A DNA stretch of 64,000 nucleotides from positions 691 through 64,690 of the forward strand of contig CAZJZV010000008.1 in the NCBI GenBank assembly GCA_964550635.1, given 5' to 3'. Shown piece after piece: positions 1-9,536 of the stretch. Position numbers and translations under genes: made by a program. Source of the stretch: an uncultured Bacteroidaceae bacterium. GTDB lineage: Bacteria > Bacillota > Clostridia > Christensenellales > CAG-917. The notes below the pieces were generated by a model. It was not told the DNA's origin. It was given only the letters and a program-made list of their open reading frames with translations, and searched no databases. Within the stretch, counting starts at the first letter, position 1. Each line of letters opens with the position of its first letter.

Positions 1-229
1 AACCGCCTTGGATAAGGACGACTTCGACTGCGTCTTGGATGTCTTCGACGGACACTACGCCGTTTATTGCCTTGTCGTTGAAGGCGGCGGTGGTACGAAG
101 CGCGAGCATATCGAGCATATCGTCGCTATAGACGGTGTTCTCCGCTATGAAAGCCTTTTCGATAGCGTGTTTGATTTTGGACAGGTCAAACGGGACTACG
201 CTCCCGTCACGTTTTTTGACATTCAACAT
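1..229 (-). CDS. ribonucleotide reductase N-terminal fragment (ATP-cone; probably anaerobic class III NrdD); the gene runs off the left edge of the window
   Basis: My own minus-strand translation from the ATG (complement of 227-229) gives MLNVKKRDGSVVPFDLSKIKHAIEKAFIAENTVYSDDMLDMLALRTTAAFNDK... This is an ATP-cone style KRDG..V.F...KI..AI start. GGAGG lies 7 nt upstream. The frame stays open to position 1, so it is missing from the ORF track. The 8..358 plus-strand ORF is its antisense shadow. Confidence 0.55.
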   Translation of the reverse strand, partial: MLNVKKRDGSVVPFDLSKIKHAIEKAFIAENTVYSDDMLDMLALRTTAAFNDKAINGVVSVEDIQDAVEVVLIQGG

Positions 230-299
230 AATGTGTCCTCCGGGGAAATTTTTGCTTTTTCATTCTATAATAGGATTGGCGGTTTGTCAACAACAAAAA

Positions 300-348
300 T
301 CGCAAAATGTGGTAGAATTTTTTTTGGGGTGAACACAAGATATGGTGG
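300..348 (-). promoter_or_regulatory. candidate tandem NrdR boxes upstream of the reductase gene
   Basis: ACACAAGATATGGTGG (333-348) matches about 12/16 positions of the palindromic NrdR-box consensus acaCwAtATaTwGtgt. A weaker copy, TCGCAAAATGTGGTA (300-314), lies 33 bp away. Both are within 120 bp of the reductase start codon. Confidence 0.3.
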
Positions 349-543
349 TTATGCATAAAAATGACGGATTTTGCGAATAGGTGTAAAAACCGTGAATTAT
401 TCACGAAACGACTATCTAAACGGAGTGAAATTTTTGGACGCGCTAAAAAGTGATATTCTAAACGGTGTTTATGAAAATCGTTTACCGTCAAACAGAATAA
501 ATTTATACATTTTTTCCGACGAGAAAATATGCAAAAAAAATTT

Positions 544-1227
544 TTATAAATTTTGCAAGGCGGTGGGTAGGTCGCGAATATCGTTTATCTCGACGTCGGG
601 GGTGTAATCTCCGCGGTCTTGACCGTTTCTGTTCACCCACACCGTCTTTATGCCCGCGTTCATACCGCCTTTTATATCCGACGACAGACTGTCGCCTACG
701 ATGACGGCGGCGGACTTGTCGAAGTTGCGTATCTTCGAGAAAACGACGTCGAAATATTCCTTGTTAGGTTTGTTGAAACCCACTCTTTCGGATATGAATA
801 TGCCGTCGAAGTAGCGGTATAAGTCCGCGCCGGCGAGTCTTTCCGCTTGTACGCTTGCAAGTCCGTTTGACACGAGATACAAGTGGTATCTGCCGTATAG
901 TTCGTCAAGGACTTCGCTTGCGCCTTCCACAAATTCGTGATTATGCGCAAGTTCCGTTTCGTAGTTTGCGGGCAGGTTTTTAAGGGGCGCAACGCCGATT
1001 TTTTCAAAGAATATCTCAAATCGACGACTTTTGACTTCTTGCGCAGTGTGGATTTCACCAAGTTCAAACAACTTCCATTGGGATAGATTGATTTCCGAAT
1101 ATAGCGAAATAAGGTCGTCCGTAGGGGGTATTCCCTCTATCGCAAGGGCGACGGACAACGCTCTGCGCTCTGCGGAGTGGAAGTCAAGGATTGTGTCGTC
1201 AAGGTCGAGAAATACGTGTTTTATCAT
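544..1227 (-). CDS. HAD-IA family hydrolase (YjjG-like nucleotidase/phosphatase)
   Basis: 227-aa ORF with an ATG start. It has the HAD motif I FLDLDDTILDF and motif IV GDSLSSDIKGG. Confidence 0.8.
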   Translation of the reverse strand: MIKHVFLDLDDTILDFHSAERRALSVALAIEGIPPTDDLISLYSEINLSQWKLFELGEIHTAQEVKSRRFEIFFEKIGVAPLKNLPANYETELAHNHEFVEGASEVLDELYGRYHLYLVSNGLASVQAERLAGADLYRYFDGIFISERVGFNKPNKEYFDVVFSKIRNFDKSAAVIVGDSLSSDIKGGMNAGIKTVWVNRNGQDRGDYTPDVEINDIRDLPTALQNL

Positions 1228-1252
1228 ACGTGTGTGCGCGTGCGCGCTATCC

Positions 1253-1561
1253 TTATAGTACGTAGCCGAGTCCGAAAACTACGGCGATTGATACGAGTGC
1301 TACGATTGCAAGGTTGATTTTGAAGAATGACATCACGAGTGCCACCGCCGTGCCGATTGCCGCCGTCGCTACGCTACCCGTCGAGTAGAATATTGCGGGG
1401 AACGTGAGTGCGGATAGGACCGCATATGGCATATAGTACAGGACGGATTTTATATACCGCGACTTGATGGGTTTGCGGAATATCACAAGGGGGAGTACGC
1501 GGGGAATATACGACGCAACCGCCATCAAAAGTACGCATATGAGTTGATAAGTTACGCTCAT
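1253..1561 (-). CDS. azlD: AzlD-like branched-chain amino acid transport protein
   Basis: 102-aa, very hydrophobic ORF. Its ATG overlaps the stop of the upstream azlC-like gene (ATGA), the typical azlCD arrangement. Confidence 0.7.
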   Translation of the reverse strand: MSVTYQLICVLLMAVASYIPRVLPLVIFRKPIKSRYIKSVLYYMPYAVLSALTFPAIFYSTGSVATAAIGTAVALVMSFFKINLAIVALVSIAVVFGLGYVL

Positions 1562-2313
1562 AATTCGCCCTCCCGCTTGTCTTTTTCAGGGAGTATCCGC
1601 TTGTATTCGCAGTCGTCGTCGTAGACGGGGAATAGCCCCGCCGTTATGCAGGCGGACAGTACGGATGCGATGATGACTCTGAATCCCACCGATATTTGAT
1701 TTAGCACGGGGACGTAGTAGAGAGTGCAGGAAAACGCCGTCGCAAGTCCTATCGAAACTATGACCGCAAAGGACTTTCTGGCAGGCGGTACGATGATTGC
1801 AATGAACATGCAATATAGCGCAATCCCCATAGCGACTTGCAATCTTTCGGGGAGTAGGTCGTTGACGAGTCCGCCGAGCAACGTGCCTATCGCCCAACCA
1901 AAATATGGGGTTGTGGCAAGTCCTACGAAGTATTTGAAGTTGAGATTTCTCTTTTGTATGGATGCAAGCGCGAAGATTTCGTCCGTCACGAAACAACTCA
2001 TAAAAAGTCGTTTTAAGGTGCCTACGCTACCGTCTAACTGTTGGGATATGGACAGACTCATCAACATATATCGCGAGTTTATGACGAAAACCGCAAGTGC
2101 GATTTCAAAGTAGCCCGCAAGCGCAAGCATCATTTCCACTCCCGCAAACTGTCCCGCCGACGTCAAATTCGTCGCGGATATGAGAGTGGCAATCCACACG
2201 CTAATCCCGCTTTTCACCGTCACCAAACCGAAAGTGAAAGACACCGCCAAATACGCAAAGCATATAGGCAGTCCGTCTTTCAATCCGTCGATATAGCGCA
2301 AGTTCTTTTCCAT
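1558..2313 (-). CDS. azlC: AzlC family branched-chain amino acid exporter subunit
   Basis: Multi-TM protein. Sequence from the internal ATG at 2313 (MEKNLRYIDGLKDGLPICFAYLAVSFTFGL...TNLTSAGQFAG) fits the AzlC pattern. The 18 upstream codons of the track ORF look non-coding. Confidence 0.75.
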   Translation of the reverse strand: MEKNLRYIDGLKDGLPICFAYLAVSFTFGLVTVKSGISVWIATLISATNLTSAGQFAGVEMMLALAGYFEIALAVFVINSRYMLMSLSISQQLDGSVGTLKRLFMSCFVTDEIFALASIQKRNLNFKYFVGLATTPYFGWAIGTLLGGLVNDLLPERLQVAMGIALYCMFIAIIVPPARKSFAVIVSIGLATAFSCTLYYVPVLNQISVGFRVIIASVLSACITAGLFPVYDDDCEYKRILPEKDKREGEL

Positions 2314-2458
2314 ACGACTAATATAACACTTAATGACGAAATTAGCACGCAAAAAGTCGCTTTTCAATGAGAAAAGCGACCTAAAAATTCATTTTCCCCG
2401 AAAACCCGCCGTTTTATCTCTGCGGAATGGGGATTTTTTTGTGCGTGTCTTTTGCGTT

Positions 2459-3439
2459 TTAGAGTTTTTCGATTTTGTCGGAGTAGACGAGTGCGCCTTG
2501 TTTTCTGCAGTCGTCCATTATGCGCATGACGGCAAGCGTGTCGCTATGGGGCATATATTCGTTTTGTATTTTGCCTGCGCGCACGTCTTCCGCGACCGCG
2601 TCGAATTGATAGATATATCCGCGTTTGCAACGCACGGATTCGACGTGTTTTCCGCCTACGTAAAGCCTTGCGTGCGTGGGTTTGTAGAACATATTCGATT
2701 TGATATATCCGTCGCTTCCGCAGATTATCGAGCCGTAAGTTTTCAGTCCGTCGAACGAACTGTGCAGGTGGCATATCGCATTGTCGTAGACGAGAAGAAT
2801 TTTGTCGTCGTAGTCCACGCCGTTTTGGTTGCGCATAAGGCAGGTTACGCTATTTGGATAGCCGAGCAACATTTGTGCGTAGGCGATTGGGTATACGCCG
2901 AGGTCGAGAAGGGCGCCTCCCGCGTATTTAGCCTTGTATACTCTCGTTGAGATGAACGGTTTTGCGACGTCTACGGGCAGGCAAAAATTCGCATATACGT
3001 CTTTCACAACGCCGATTTTGCCACTTTCAACCCAACTGCGTATGCGTTTCACGACGGGATTGAATCTCGTCCACATACCCTCGGTCACGTAGACTCCCTT
3101 TTCTTCGGCAAGGGATAGGACTTTTTCCGCCTGTTCCGCATTGACCGTGAAGGATTTCTCGCAAAGGACGGGCATGCCTTCTTCGATACACGCAATCAGA
3201 TATTCGTAATGCACAGAGTGCGGCGTTGCGATATAAACGCAATCCGCTTTTCCCGAGCGCAGTGCGGTGCGCACGTCGTCGAAAACTTCCGCGCCGTAGC
3301 GTTTTGCGAATCTCTCCGCCCGTGAGCGCGTGCGCGAATAGACGGCGGTCACCGTGTGTCGTCCCGTTTTGGTGATTTCTCTCATCACCGTGTTTGCGAT
3401 TCTGCCCGTGCCTATGACGAGCCAACGAAATGCCTGCAT
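2459..3439 (-). CDS. Gfo/Idh/MocA family NAD(P)-dependent oxidoreductase
   Basis: 326 aa. It has an N-terminal Rossmann motif (WLVIGTGRIANTV) and an EKSF motif in place of the canonical EKP. An AGGAG-like RBS precedes the ATG. Confidence 0.8.
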   Translation of the reverse strand: MQAFRWLVIGTGRIANTVMREITKTGRHTVTAVYSRTRSRAERFAKRYGAEVFDDVRTALRSGKADCVYIATPHSVHYEYLIACIEEGMPVLCEKSFTVNAEQAEKVLSLAEEKGVYVTEGMWTRFNPVVKRIRSWVESGKIGVVKDVYANFCLPVDVAKPFISTRVYKAKYAGGALLDLGVYPIAYAQMLLGYPNSVTCLMRNQNGVDYDDKILLVYDNAICHLHSSFDGLKTYGSIICGSDGYIKSNMFYKPTHARLYVGGKHVESVRCKRGYIYQFDAVAEDVRAGKIQNEYMPHSDTLAVMRIMDDCRKQGALVYSDKIEKL

Positions 3440-3539
3440 AATTTCTCCTTGTCCTTATATATCCATTATCGCACGAAGAAGTCGAAGTGTCAAGATTGAC
3501 ATATTCCGCAACAAGTGGTATATTTTCGTTGGTGACAAT

Positions 3540-3875
3540 ATGGAAAATCTCGACAATATGATGAAAGAACAAGCCGAAAAGGTTATCGTCCGCATAAACG
3601 CTCAAAAGAAAAAACAAGCGTTATTGACGGGTATGATTTTCGTTGAAGGGCTTATCGCTCTCGGCGCGGGCATTGCGGTTTTGGTGCTTGAAAGCGTGCT
3701 TATAGGCGCGATTTTGATTGCTCTCGGACTGGGTATTACCATTGCGATGAGTATCGTTTTCGTGAGCACGAACAAGAAACTCAACGCTATGCGCGACGAT
3801 GCGCTCCGCTACGTCGAAATGAGCGCGGAAGCACTCAAAAACGTGCCTAATTCGGCGGAAAAAGAACAGGAATAG
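3540..3875 (+). CDS. small membrane protein (2 predicted TM helices), function unknown
   Basis: The internal ATG at 3540 gives MENLDNMMKEQAEK... followed by two hydrophobic helices (LLTGMIFVEGLIALGAGIAVLVL, IGAILIALGLGITIAMSIVFV). No family recognised. Confidence 0.45.
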   Translation: MENLDNMMKEQAEKVIVRINAQKKKQALLTGMIFVEGLIALGAGIAVLVLESVLIGAILIALGLGITIAMSIVFVSTNKKLNAMRDDALRYVEMSAEALKNVPNSAEKEQE

Positions 3876-3877
3876 TT

Positions 3878-4426
3878 ATGAATGCCTTGTATATCGTCCA
3901 CGAAGTTTTGAAAAGATACGTATCGCAGGGCGGTTTTGCCATCGATGCGACCGCGGGCAGAGGGTACGATACCGCTTTTCTTTGCTCTCTCGTCGGCGAA
4001 AACGGCAGAGTGCTTGCATTCGACGTCCAACAAGACGCCATTGACAGCACCCGAAAACTCCTGTCGAGTGAAGGCAAAACGGCAACTCTCGTCCTTGACT
4101 CCCACGCAAATATGGGCAAGTACGCAGAGCCCGATAGCGCGGATGCCATTGTGTTCAATCTCGGCTATCTTCCCCACGGCGACCACTCCGTGTACACCCA
4201 CTTTGAAAGCACCCGCACCGCTATTGAAGAAGGCTTGAAAATCCTGAAAAAAGGCGGCGTTATGTGCGTTAGCGTTTACTACGGCGGGGACTCCGGCTAC
4301 GAAGAAAAAGACGCTCTCATCCCTTGGCTCAAAACCCTTGACGACGGCAAATATCAAGTGCTTGTCACCTATTTCCACAACTGGAAAAAGGATCCCCCTA
4401 TCCCCGTCCTAATCTTCAAAAATTAA
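3878..4426 (+). CDS. ytqB: class I SAM-dependent methyltransferase, YtqB/MnmM-like (putative RNA methylase family)
   Basis: IDATAGRGYDTAFLCSLVGENGRVLAFDVQ closely parallels the B. subtilis YtqB SAM-binding segment (recalled from memory). 182 aa. Confidence 0.7.
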   Translation: MNALYIVHEVLKRYVSQGGFAIDATAGRGYDTAFLCSLVGENGRVLAFDVQQDAIDSTRKLLSSEGKTATLVLDSHANMGKYAEPDSADAIVFNLGYLPHGDHSVYTHFESTRTAIEEGLKILKKGGVMCVSVYYGGDSGYEEKDALIPWLKTLDDGKYQVLVTYFHNWKKDPPIPVLIFKN

Positions 4427-4438
4427 AAATGGTGAGTT

Positions 4439-4993
4439 ATGATTAGAAATATCAGAGAAAGCGACAGAGAAAATTTGCGGACGGTGTGTCACGAAACGGC
4501 GACCGCGCCAAGTCTTGCAAGGTCGAAAGAACTCGTGTGTTTGCTCTACTGCGACAGTTATATCGATCACGAAACGGAGCATTGTTTCGCTCTGACCGAC
4601 GAAAACGACAACGCAGTTGGATATATTCTTTGTGCGGTGGACCAAGCGAAGTTTGAAAAGGATTACGAGCCTTACCGCCTGAAAGCGAAGAAGATTTCTT
4701 TCATAGACGCGCTCGGACAGAAAATCGAAAACAAATTGTTCAAACGACTGTTTGAAGAATATCCCGCACACTTGCACGTGGACATTTTGCCCGCCTATCA
4801 AGGAAACGGAAACGGTACGAAACTGATAAAAACTCTCGAAGACCATTTGAAAGAAATCGGAGTGAAAGCAATCAGATTGAGCGTAGGCACAGGCAACGTG
4901 CGCGCACAAAAATTCTACGTGAAAAACGGCTACGCACGCATAGCGTATCTGCCGGGAATCGCCGCCGTCTACGGCAAAAAACTGAACGAATAA
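4439..4993 (+). CDS. GNAT family N-acetyltransferase
   Basis: Acetyl-CoA binding region LPAYQGNGNGTKLIKTLEDHLKEIG and a C-terminal AQKFYVKNGY motif. 184 aa. Confidence 0.75.
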   Translation: MIRNIRESDRENLRTVCHETATAPSLARSKELVCLLYCDSYIDHETEHCFALTDENDNAVGYILCAVDQAKFEKDYEPYRLKAKKISFIDALGQKIENKLFKRLFEEYPAHLHVDILPAYQGNGNGTKLIKTLEDHLKEIGVKAIRLSVGTGNVRAQKFYVKNGYARIAYLPGIAAVYGKKLNE

Positions 4994-5051
4994 CATCCGA
5001 CCACACCATTCCGCAAAGATAAAACGGCGGGAAATAGTTAAAAGGCAAAAG

Positions 5052-5084
5052 AAAACGCACTCATTCGAGTGCGTTTTTGTTTTG
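5052..5084. terminator. bidirectional rho-independent terminator between convergent genes
   Basis: Stem ACGCACTC (5055-5062) / GAGTGCGT (5067-5074) with loop ATTC, flanked by A-run and T-run. It lies between the GNAT gene end (4993) and the giant minus-strand gene end (5096). Confidence 0.7.
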
Positions 5085-5095
5085 CCGTCGTTCGC

Positions 5096-8000
5096 TTATG
5101 CGAAGAGTTTTTCAAGGTTGACCATTATGTTGCCGTTCGTGTATTCGAGTGCATCGAAGAATTTTTCAAGTCTGACGTCGCCGATGATTGACAGGACTTC
5201 GGGTTTGAGAGATGAGATATTGCCCCAATCGAGTAAGTCGTTGACGGTCATCGATTGCAATTTGGTTTGGAAGACTTTGCCGAGATTGTCAAGGGTGGTG
5301 GACTTGACGTCTTCGTCGTCGAACAAACTGTCGGGTTCGATTGCCATAAGGTCGGAGAGAGTGAAGGTCTTCATTGCGTTGTCAAGGCTACCGACTTTGA
5401 CGTCGTGAGTTGCAAACGCTCTGATGACGTGCGCGCTCTTTGCGGTTACGATTTGAACCTTGCGGGTTGAGATAGGAGTGATGAGCGTACCGCTATCGTC
5501 TTGGAGATAGTTTTCACCGACTGCCGCCACGTATGCGATTGTGTGCGAGAAGGAGCCTTCGCCGACCGCGCCTGCGGGAAGGGAAGTTTTGAGCACGTAG
5601 TCGCCGTTGAAGAGAGTGTAGTCGCCGTCTTCGTCCACGATATACACGTCGTCGCAGATATTCTTCGAGAAGGTTATCACGCTATATCCCGCCTCTTTTG
5701 CCGCGTGGTATTCGGCATCGAGTTTTGCATAGTAGTAGTAAGTTACACTGCCTACAGTCTTTGCGGGGAGTTTTGCAAACGCAAGGTCGATAGTGCTACT
5801 TGACGTTGCGCTCACATAGTCGCCCGTCGTGTAGTCGATGAAGTAACTGCCGCTTGCATTCGGAGTGTAGCCGTTTTCGAGATGGATGTATATATCCATA
5901 TCGGAGTGGGCGGGGTTGGTCGCATCGTAGGGCACGTACGCGCCGTTGAAGTTGACGTAGAGAAGTGCGCTACCGCCCGTGCTTACTTGGCGATAAGTCT
6001 TGCCGGAGTAACCGCTTGTGGTGGTGTCGCGGTAGTAAGTCTTGTTGTAAGTGCCTTTGCTTGCAAGGTAGATTGAGAGAGCGGGATTCAAGGAATATTC
6101 CGCATTTTCCGCGCTTGCATCCGCGCAATAGTACATATAAGGATGAGCCGTCGCCGCGATTGCAAATTCCGCCGCATCGCTTGCGGTGAATTGCGTATAA
6201 CCGTAGGTTATAGTGCCGAGTTCAAACTTTGCGAGTTGTTCTGCGGTGAGTTTTTGATAGACGTCGCTACGCAGATAATACTTGCCGTTTATGTCGTAGG
6301 TGAACGTGTAGTAGTAGTTCACACCGCCGACGGTGGAAGTGTAGTTATCGTCCTTTTCGACGAGCCAACGCGCGCTTTCGTCGCTATCCGCCACGACGGA
6401 ATCTTGTACGACGTCGTATTCGTTGATGCCGATAAGGTCTTTGAGATACATATCGTTGATGACGGTATCCATACTGTTGCCGAGTTCGTTGACGGGGAGA
6501 TACGCCATCTTGCGAAGGACCGCGTGAGTAGTACCGCTTGCGGTGAGTTCGTAGTATTGTTCGCTAGTGTGAGAGCCGACGAATACGGGATCGGATTCGA
6601 CGTAGACGCCGTTTACGTAGCGATAGAATTTTCCGCCGACAAACTCATAGTAAGTTTCGGTGGGGTTGGCGGTGATATAGGTGCGAGTCACCGCGTCGTA
6701 GTTGCCTGCGGAGTAGATGAAGTATGTCTTGCTTTCGTCCGTGGTATCCGCGGCTTCGGTGAAACTGTCGAGAGCGTTTGCTTTTGCGTAGACGTCGCCG
6801 TCGATTGCGATGACGTCCGAGAGAATGACTTCGTCAAACGCGGCGGAGAAGTTGCCGATTTTGACCTTCGCAAAGCGTTGCAAGGTGCTTGAAGACACGG
6901 TGCCTTCAACGTATGCGGTTGCGCCTGCGACTACGGCCGTTTGCATTGCGGAGCCGTTCCAGTAGTACTTGACGACGGAGTCGTCCGCTATTTGTTCCGC
7001 ACTTGCGACGACGTAACTAAATTCAACCATATTACCGCTTCCGTCGTCTTTGAGCCCGACGATTTTCGAGTAACGAGTTGCGGTTTCGCTATGAATTGCG
7101 GGGTTGTAGAGCGTGTAGTAACCGCCGTTTGCAACGTAGACGAATTTGCCGTTGACATCGGGCATATAGAGGTCGACGGTAATATCGATGACTTCGTTGA
7201 GACGCATATCGTCGATTATTTCGTCCATTTTCGTCGCCATATCGTCGATCTTGGTGAATGCGAGTTTTTTAAGGACTGCGTTGCTTGCGCCCGCCACGGA
7301 GATTTCGTAAAATACGGTGTCCGCGTGCGCCGCCATAAAGGTGGAGTCGTGCACGTCCGCAATCTTGTAGACGCCGTTTTCAAAGTAGTAGTAATCGACG
7401 GTGTCTGCAAAAGGAGCGGTAGCGGTGACGTAGACGTCCATTTCGACATCGAGCACGTCGCCAAGGACGAGTTCACTGAAAGAGTCCGAGAAGTCGCCGA
7501 TTGAAATGGATGCAAGACGTTGCAAAACTTTGCTTGACGCACTGCCTTTCACGTAGGCGGGAGCACCGTCGATAGCGGTAGTTTGCATTGCGGTGCCGTT
7601 CCAGTAGTATTTGACGATTGCGCTATCCGCGATTTGAGCGGAAGTTGCAAGGATATAATCGGGAGCGGTGCTATCGCTCTCGTCGGTGAGTTTCGAGTAT
7701 CTCTGCATACCGTCGTGCTCGTCGGGGTTGTAGAGAGTGTAATATCCGCCGTTGTCTATGCGCTCGTATTTGACGATATTATTGTTTGCGATTTCGTCGG
7801 CGGTTGCAAGGACGAAAGTCTTTTCGTAGCGAGTGAGTCCCGCCATATCCGCGTTGTTTTCGTCGTAGAGATAGTACGCACCGTCAATTGCGACGTATTT
7901 TCCGTCGGCGGCGGTTGCGAAGTTTGCAACGTAGCGGTCGCCCGTAAAGTCGCTTGCGGCGGGCTTGTAGGTCGCTTGTTGAGAAACGTAAACGTAGATA

Positions 8001-9517
8001 CCGTTGCTATCCTTGACGTAGGCGGAGTAGGTGATATCGATGACGTCGCCAAGGGTGAGAGTGTCGATAGACTTGCTCAAATCCTTGAGAGCAGTGTCTT
8101 TGAGAGTGAGAAGAATCGCGGGACTTTCGTCGTTGATTTCGATGAGGTCGCAAAGGCGGAGTGCCATAAGGCTATCCGTTGCGTTGTTGAGACCGCTGAC
8201 GGTGGTGCGAGCGATTGCTTGGATTGCGGTGTCCGACGTGCCTTTATGCACGAGAAGGTAACTTTCGTCACCGCCTACGATAAGGCGGGTGTCCGCGGAA
8301 GGATATTCTTCGACGTCTTTGCCGTAGACTTCCATATTGACGAGAGTTTCGCCGTCGAGATATTTATCCGCGCTCGTGACGATAACGCTCGTGCCTGCAG
8401 TGCCTGCGATAGTGAGAGTGTCGAGTGCGATGAAACCGCTTTCGATAGGCGCATAAGAACCGTCCTTTTCGGCGAAGTGGTTGGAGTAGGTTTGGAGATA
8501 GAGTTTCGCACCTTCGGTGATATTGGTTGTGGTCGCCTTTTCGTATTCGACGAAACGATAATAGGTCTTGCTTTCTTCACCTTCTTCGGTGGTGGTGTAG
8601 CAAGAATTATCCACTTTATAGACGGGATTTCCCGCTTCGTCGGTGACCGCGACTTTGTTGCCGTTTTCGTCGGTGGTAGCCTTTTCCACAAAACGAAGTT
8701 CTTTATAGATGAGATTTCCTTCATCGTCCGCACCCGCGACGTAGGTCGTTGCGCCCGCTTTCACGGAGTCGATGTCGCTTGCGCCGACTTGCTCGTAGCG
8801 GTCGACTTTGACGAAGACGGGGTTTGCGCCGTTGAGAATGAAAGCATCGCAGTCCGCGTCGATAATCGTGCCGACTTCGAGTCCGTTGACGATTGAGCCG
8901 AAAGCGGAAAGGGGAGAATCTTTGATTTGGTCGAAGATTGCGTTTTCACCGAGAGTCAAACCGAAGTTTTCTTCGATTTGGCGGAGAGTCATATTGTCGC
9001 CGTCGATACCGGACAGGATTTCGTCAATCGCTTTGGTGACGCTGTTGTAGAGATTGTCCTTGATGACGGGAATATCGTAGGTGCCGAAGTCGATACCCGC
9101 AAGAGTGCCGATGTCGTCGAGAGTGATATTTTCGACGATGAGATGCACGCTCGAGCCGATTTCACTGATAGGGACTTCGAAGATAGGGGAGAAGTCGATG
9201 CCGTCGATGATTGCACCGAGACTATCGAGTTTTCCGTTCAAGCCGTATTTATCCGCGATTTCACGGAGAGACATATTCGAGAAATTGCCGAAATCGCCGA
9301 TGAGCGACTTGCCGAGATCCCAAAGCGATTTATTTTCCGCTTCGCTACCCGCGTCGATGATTGCGCTTTCTCCTTCGAGACCGACTTTTTGTTGCAGGTC
9401 GCCGACGGTGATTTGAGTCGTGATTCCGAAAACGGTGCCGACGATTGCGACGATAAGGAGTATGATTCCGAGAATCATACCGAGAACGAAAGTTAACGTG
9501 CCTCTCAATACTTTCAT
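5096..9517 (-). CDS. giant N-terminally membrane-anchored, repeat-containing cell-envelope protein (1473 aa), function unknown
   Basis: N-terminal TM helix (TLTFVLGMILGIILLIVAIVGTVFGI). The body is Thr/Tyr/Asp/Gly-rich with internal tandem repeats and a recurring LxDV(I/L)D(I/V) motif. ATG preceded by AGGAG. Confidence 0.8.
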   Translation of the reverse strand: MKVLRGTLTFVLGMILGIILLIVAIVGTVFGITTQITVGDLQQKVGLEGESAIIDAGSEAENKSLWDLGKSLIGDFGNFSNMSLREIADKYGLNGKLDSLGAIIDGIDFSPIFEVPISEIGSSVHLIVENITLDDIGTLAGIDFGTYDIPVIKDNLYNSVTKAIDEILSGIDGDNMTLRQIEENFGLTLGENAIFDQIKDSPLSAFGSIVNGLEVGTIIDADCDAFILNGANPVFVKVDRYEQVGASDIDSVKAGATTYVAGADDEGNLIYKELRFVEKATTDENGNKVAVTDEAGNPVYKVDNSCYTTTEEGEESKTYYRFVEYEKATTTNITEGAKLYLQTYSNHFAEKDGSYAPIESGFIALDTLTIAGTAGTSVIVTSADKYLDGETLVNMEVYGKDVEEYPSADTRLIVGGDESYLLVHKGTSDTAIQAIARTTVSGLNNATDSLMALRLCDLIEINDESPAILLTLKDTALKDLSKSIDTLTLGDVIDITYSAYVKDSNGIYVYVSQQATYKPAASDFTGDRYVANFATAADGKYVAIDGAYYLYDENNADMAGLTRYEKTFVLATADEIANNNIVKYERIDNGGYYTLYNPDEHDGMQRYSKLTDESDSTAPDYILATSAQIADSAIVKYYWNGTAMQTTAIDGAPAYVKGSASSKVLQRLASISIGDFSDSFSELVLGDVLDVEMDVYVTATAPFADTVDYYYFENGVYKIADVHDSTFMAAHADTVFYEISVAGASNAVLKKLAFTKIDDMATKMDEIIDDMRLNEVIDITVDLYMPDVNGKFVYVANGGYYTLYNPAIHSETATRYSKIVGLKDDGSGNMVEFSYVVASAEQIADDSVVKYYWNGSAMQTAVVAGATAYVEGTVSSSTLQRFAKVKIGNFSAAFDEVILSDVIAIDGDVYAKANALDSFTEAADTTDESKTYFIYSAGNYDAVTRTYITANPTETYYEFVGGKFYRYVNGVYVESDPVFVGSHTSEQYYELTASGTTHAVLRKMAYLPVNELGNSMDTVINDMYLKDLIGINEYDVVQDSVVADSDESARWLVEKDDNYTSTVGGVNYYYTFTYDINGKYYLRSDVYQKLTAEQLAKFELGTITYGYTQFTASDAAEFAIAATAHPYMYYCADASAENAEYSLNPALSIYLASKGTYNKTYYRDTTTSGYSGKTYRQVSTGGSALLYVNFNGAYVPYDATNPAHSDMDIYIHLENGYTPNASGSYFIDYTTGDYVSATSSSTIDLAFAKLPAKTVGSVTYYYYAKLDAEYHAAKEAGYSVITFSKNICDDVYIVDEDGDYTLFNGDYVLKTSLPAGAVGEGSFSHTIAYVAAVGENYLQDDSGTLITPISTRKVQIVTAKSAHVIRAFATHDVKVGSLDNAMKTFTLSDLMAIEPDSLFDDEDVKSTTLDNLGKVFQTKLQSMTVNDLLDWGNISSLKPEVLSIIGDVRLEKFFDALEYTNGNIMVNLEKLFA
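6400..7770 (-). repeat. tandem intragenic repeat (two units of about 210-250 codons) inside the giant protein gene
   Basis: NGGYYTLYNP...KYYWNG(T/S)AMQT...(I/V)GDV(L/I) occurs twice. Nucleotide similarity is visible: GTTTGCATTGCGG(A/T)GCCGTTCCAGTAGTA at about 6938 and about 7580, 642 bp apart. The antisense shadow ORFs at 6941 and 7583 both start MHCGAVPVV. Confidence 0.65.
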
Positions 9518-9536
9518 AATAACTCCTAATTATGCG

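Noticed and set aside
8-358. 116-aa plus-strand ORF at the window start, and the small ORFs at 135..607
   Set aside because: The plus ORF is antisense to the ATP-cone-encoding 5' end of the reductase gene. The remaining small ORFs fall in its A+T-rich promoter region and have no coding features.
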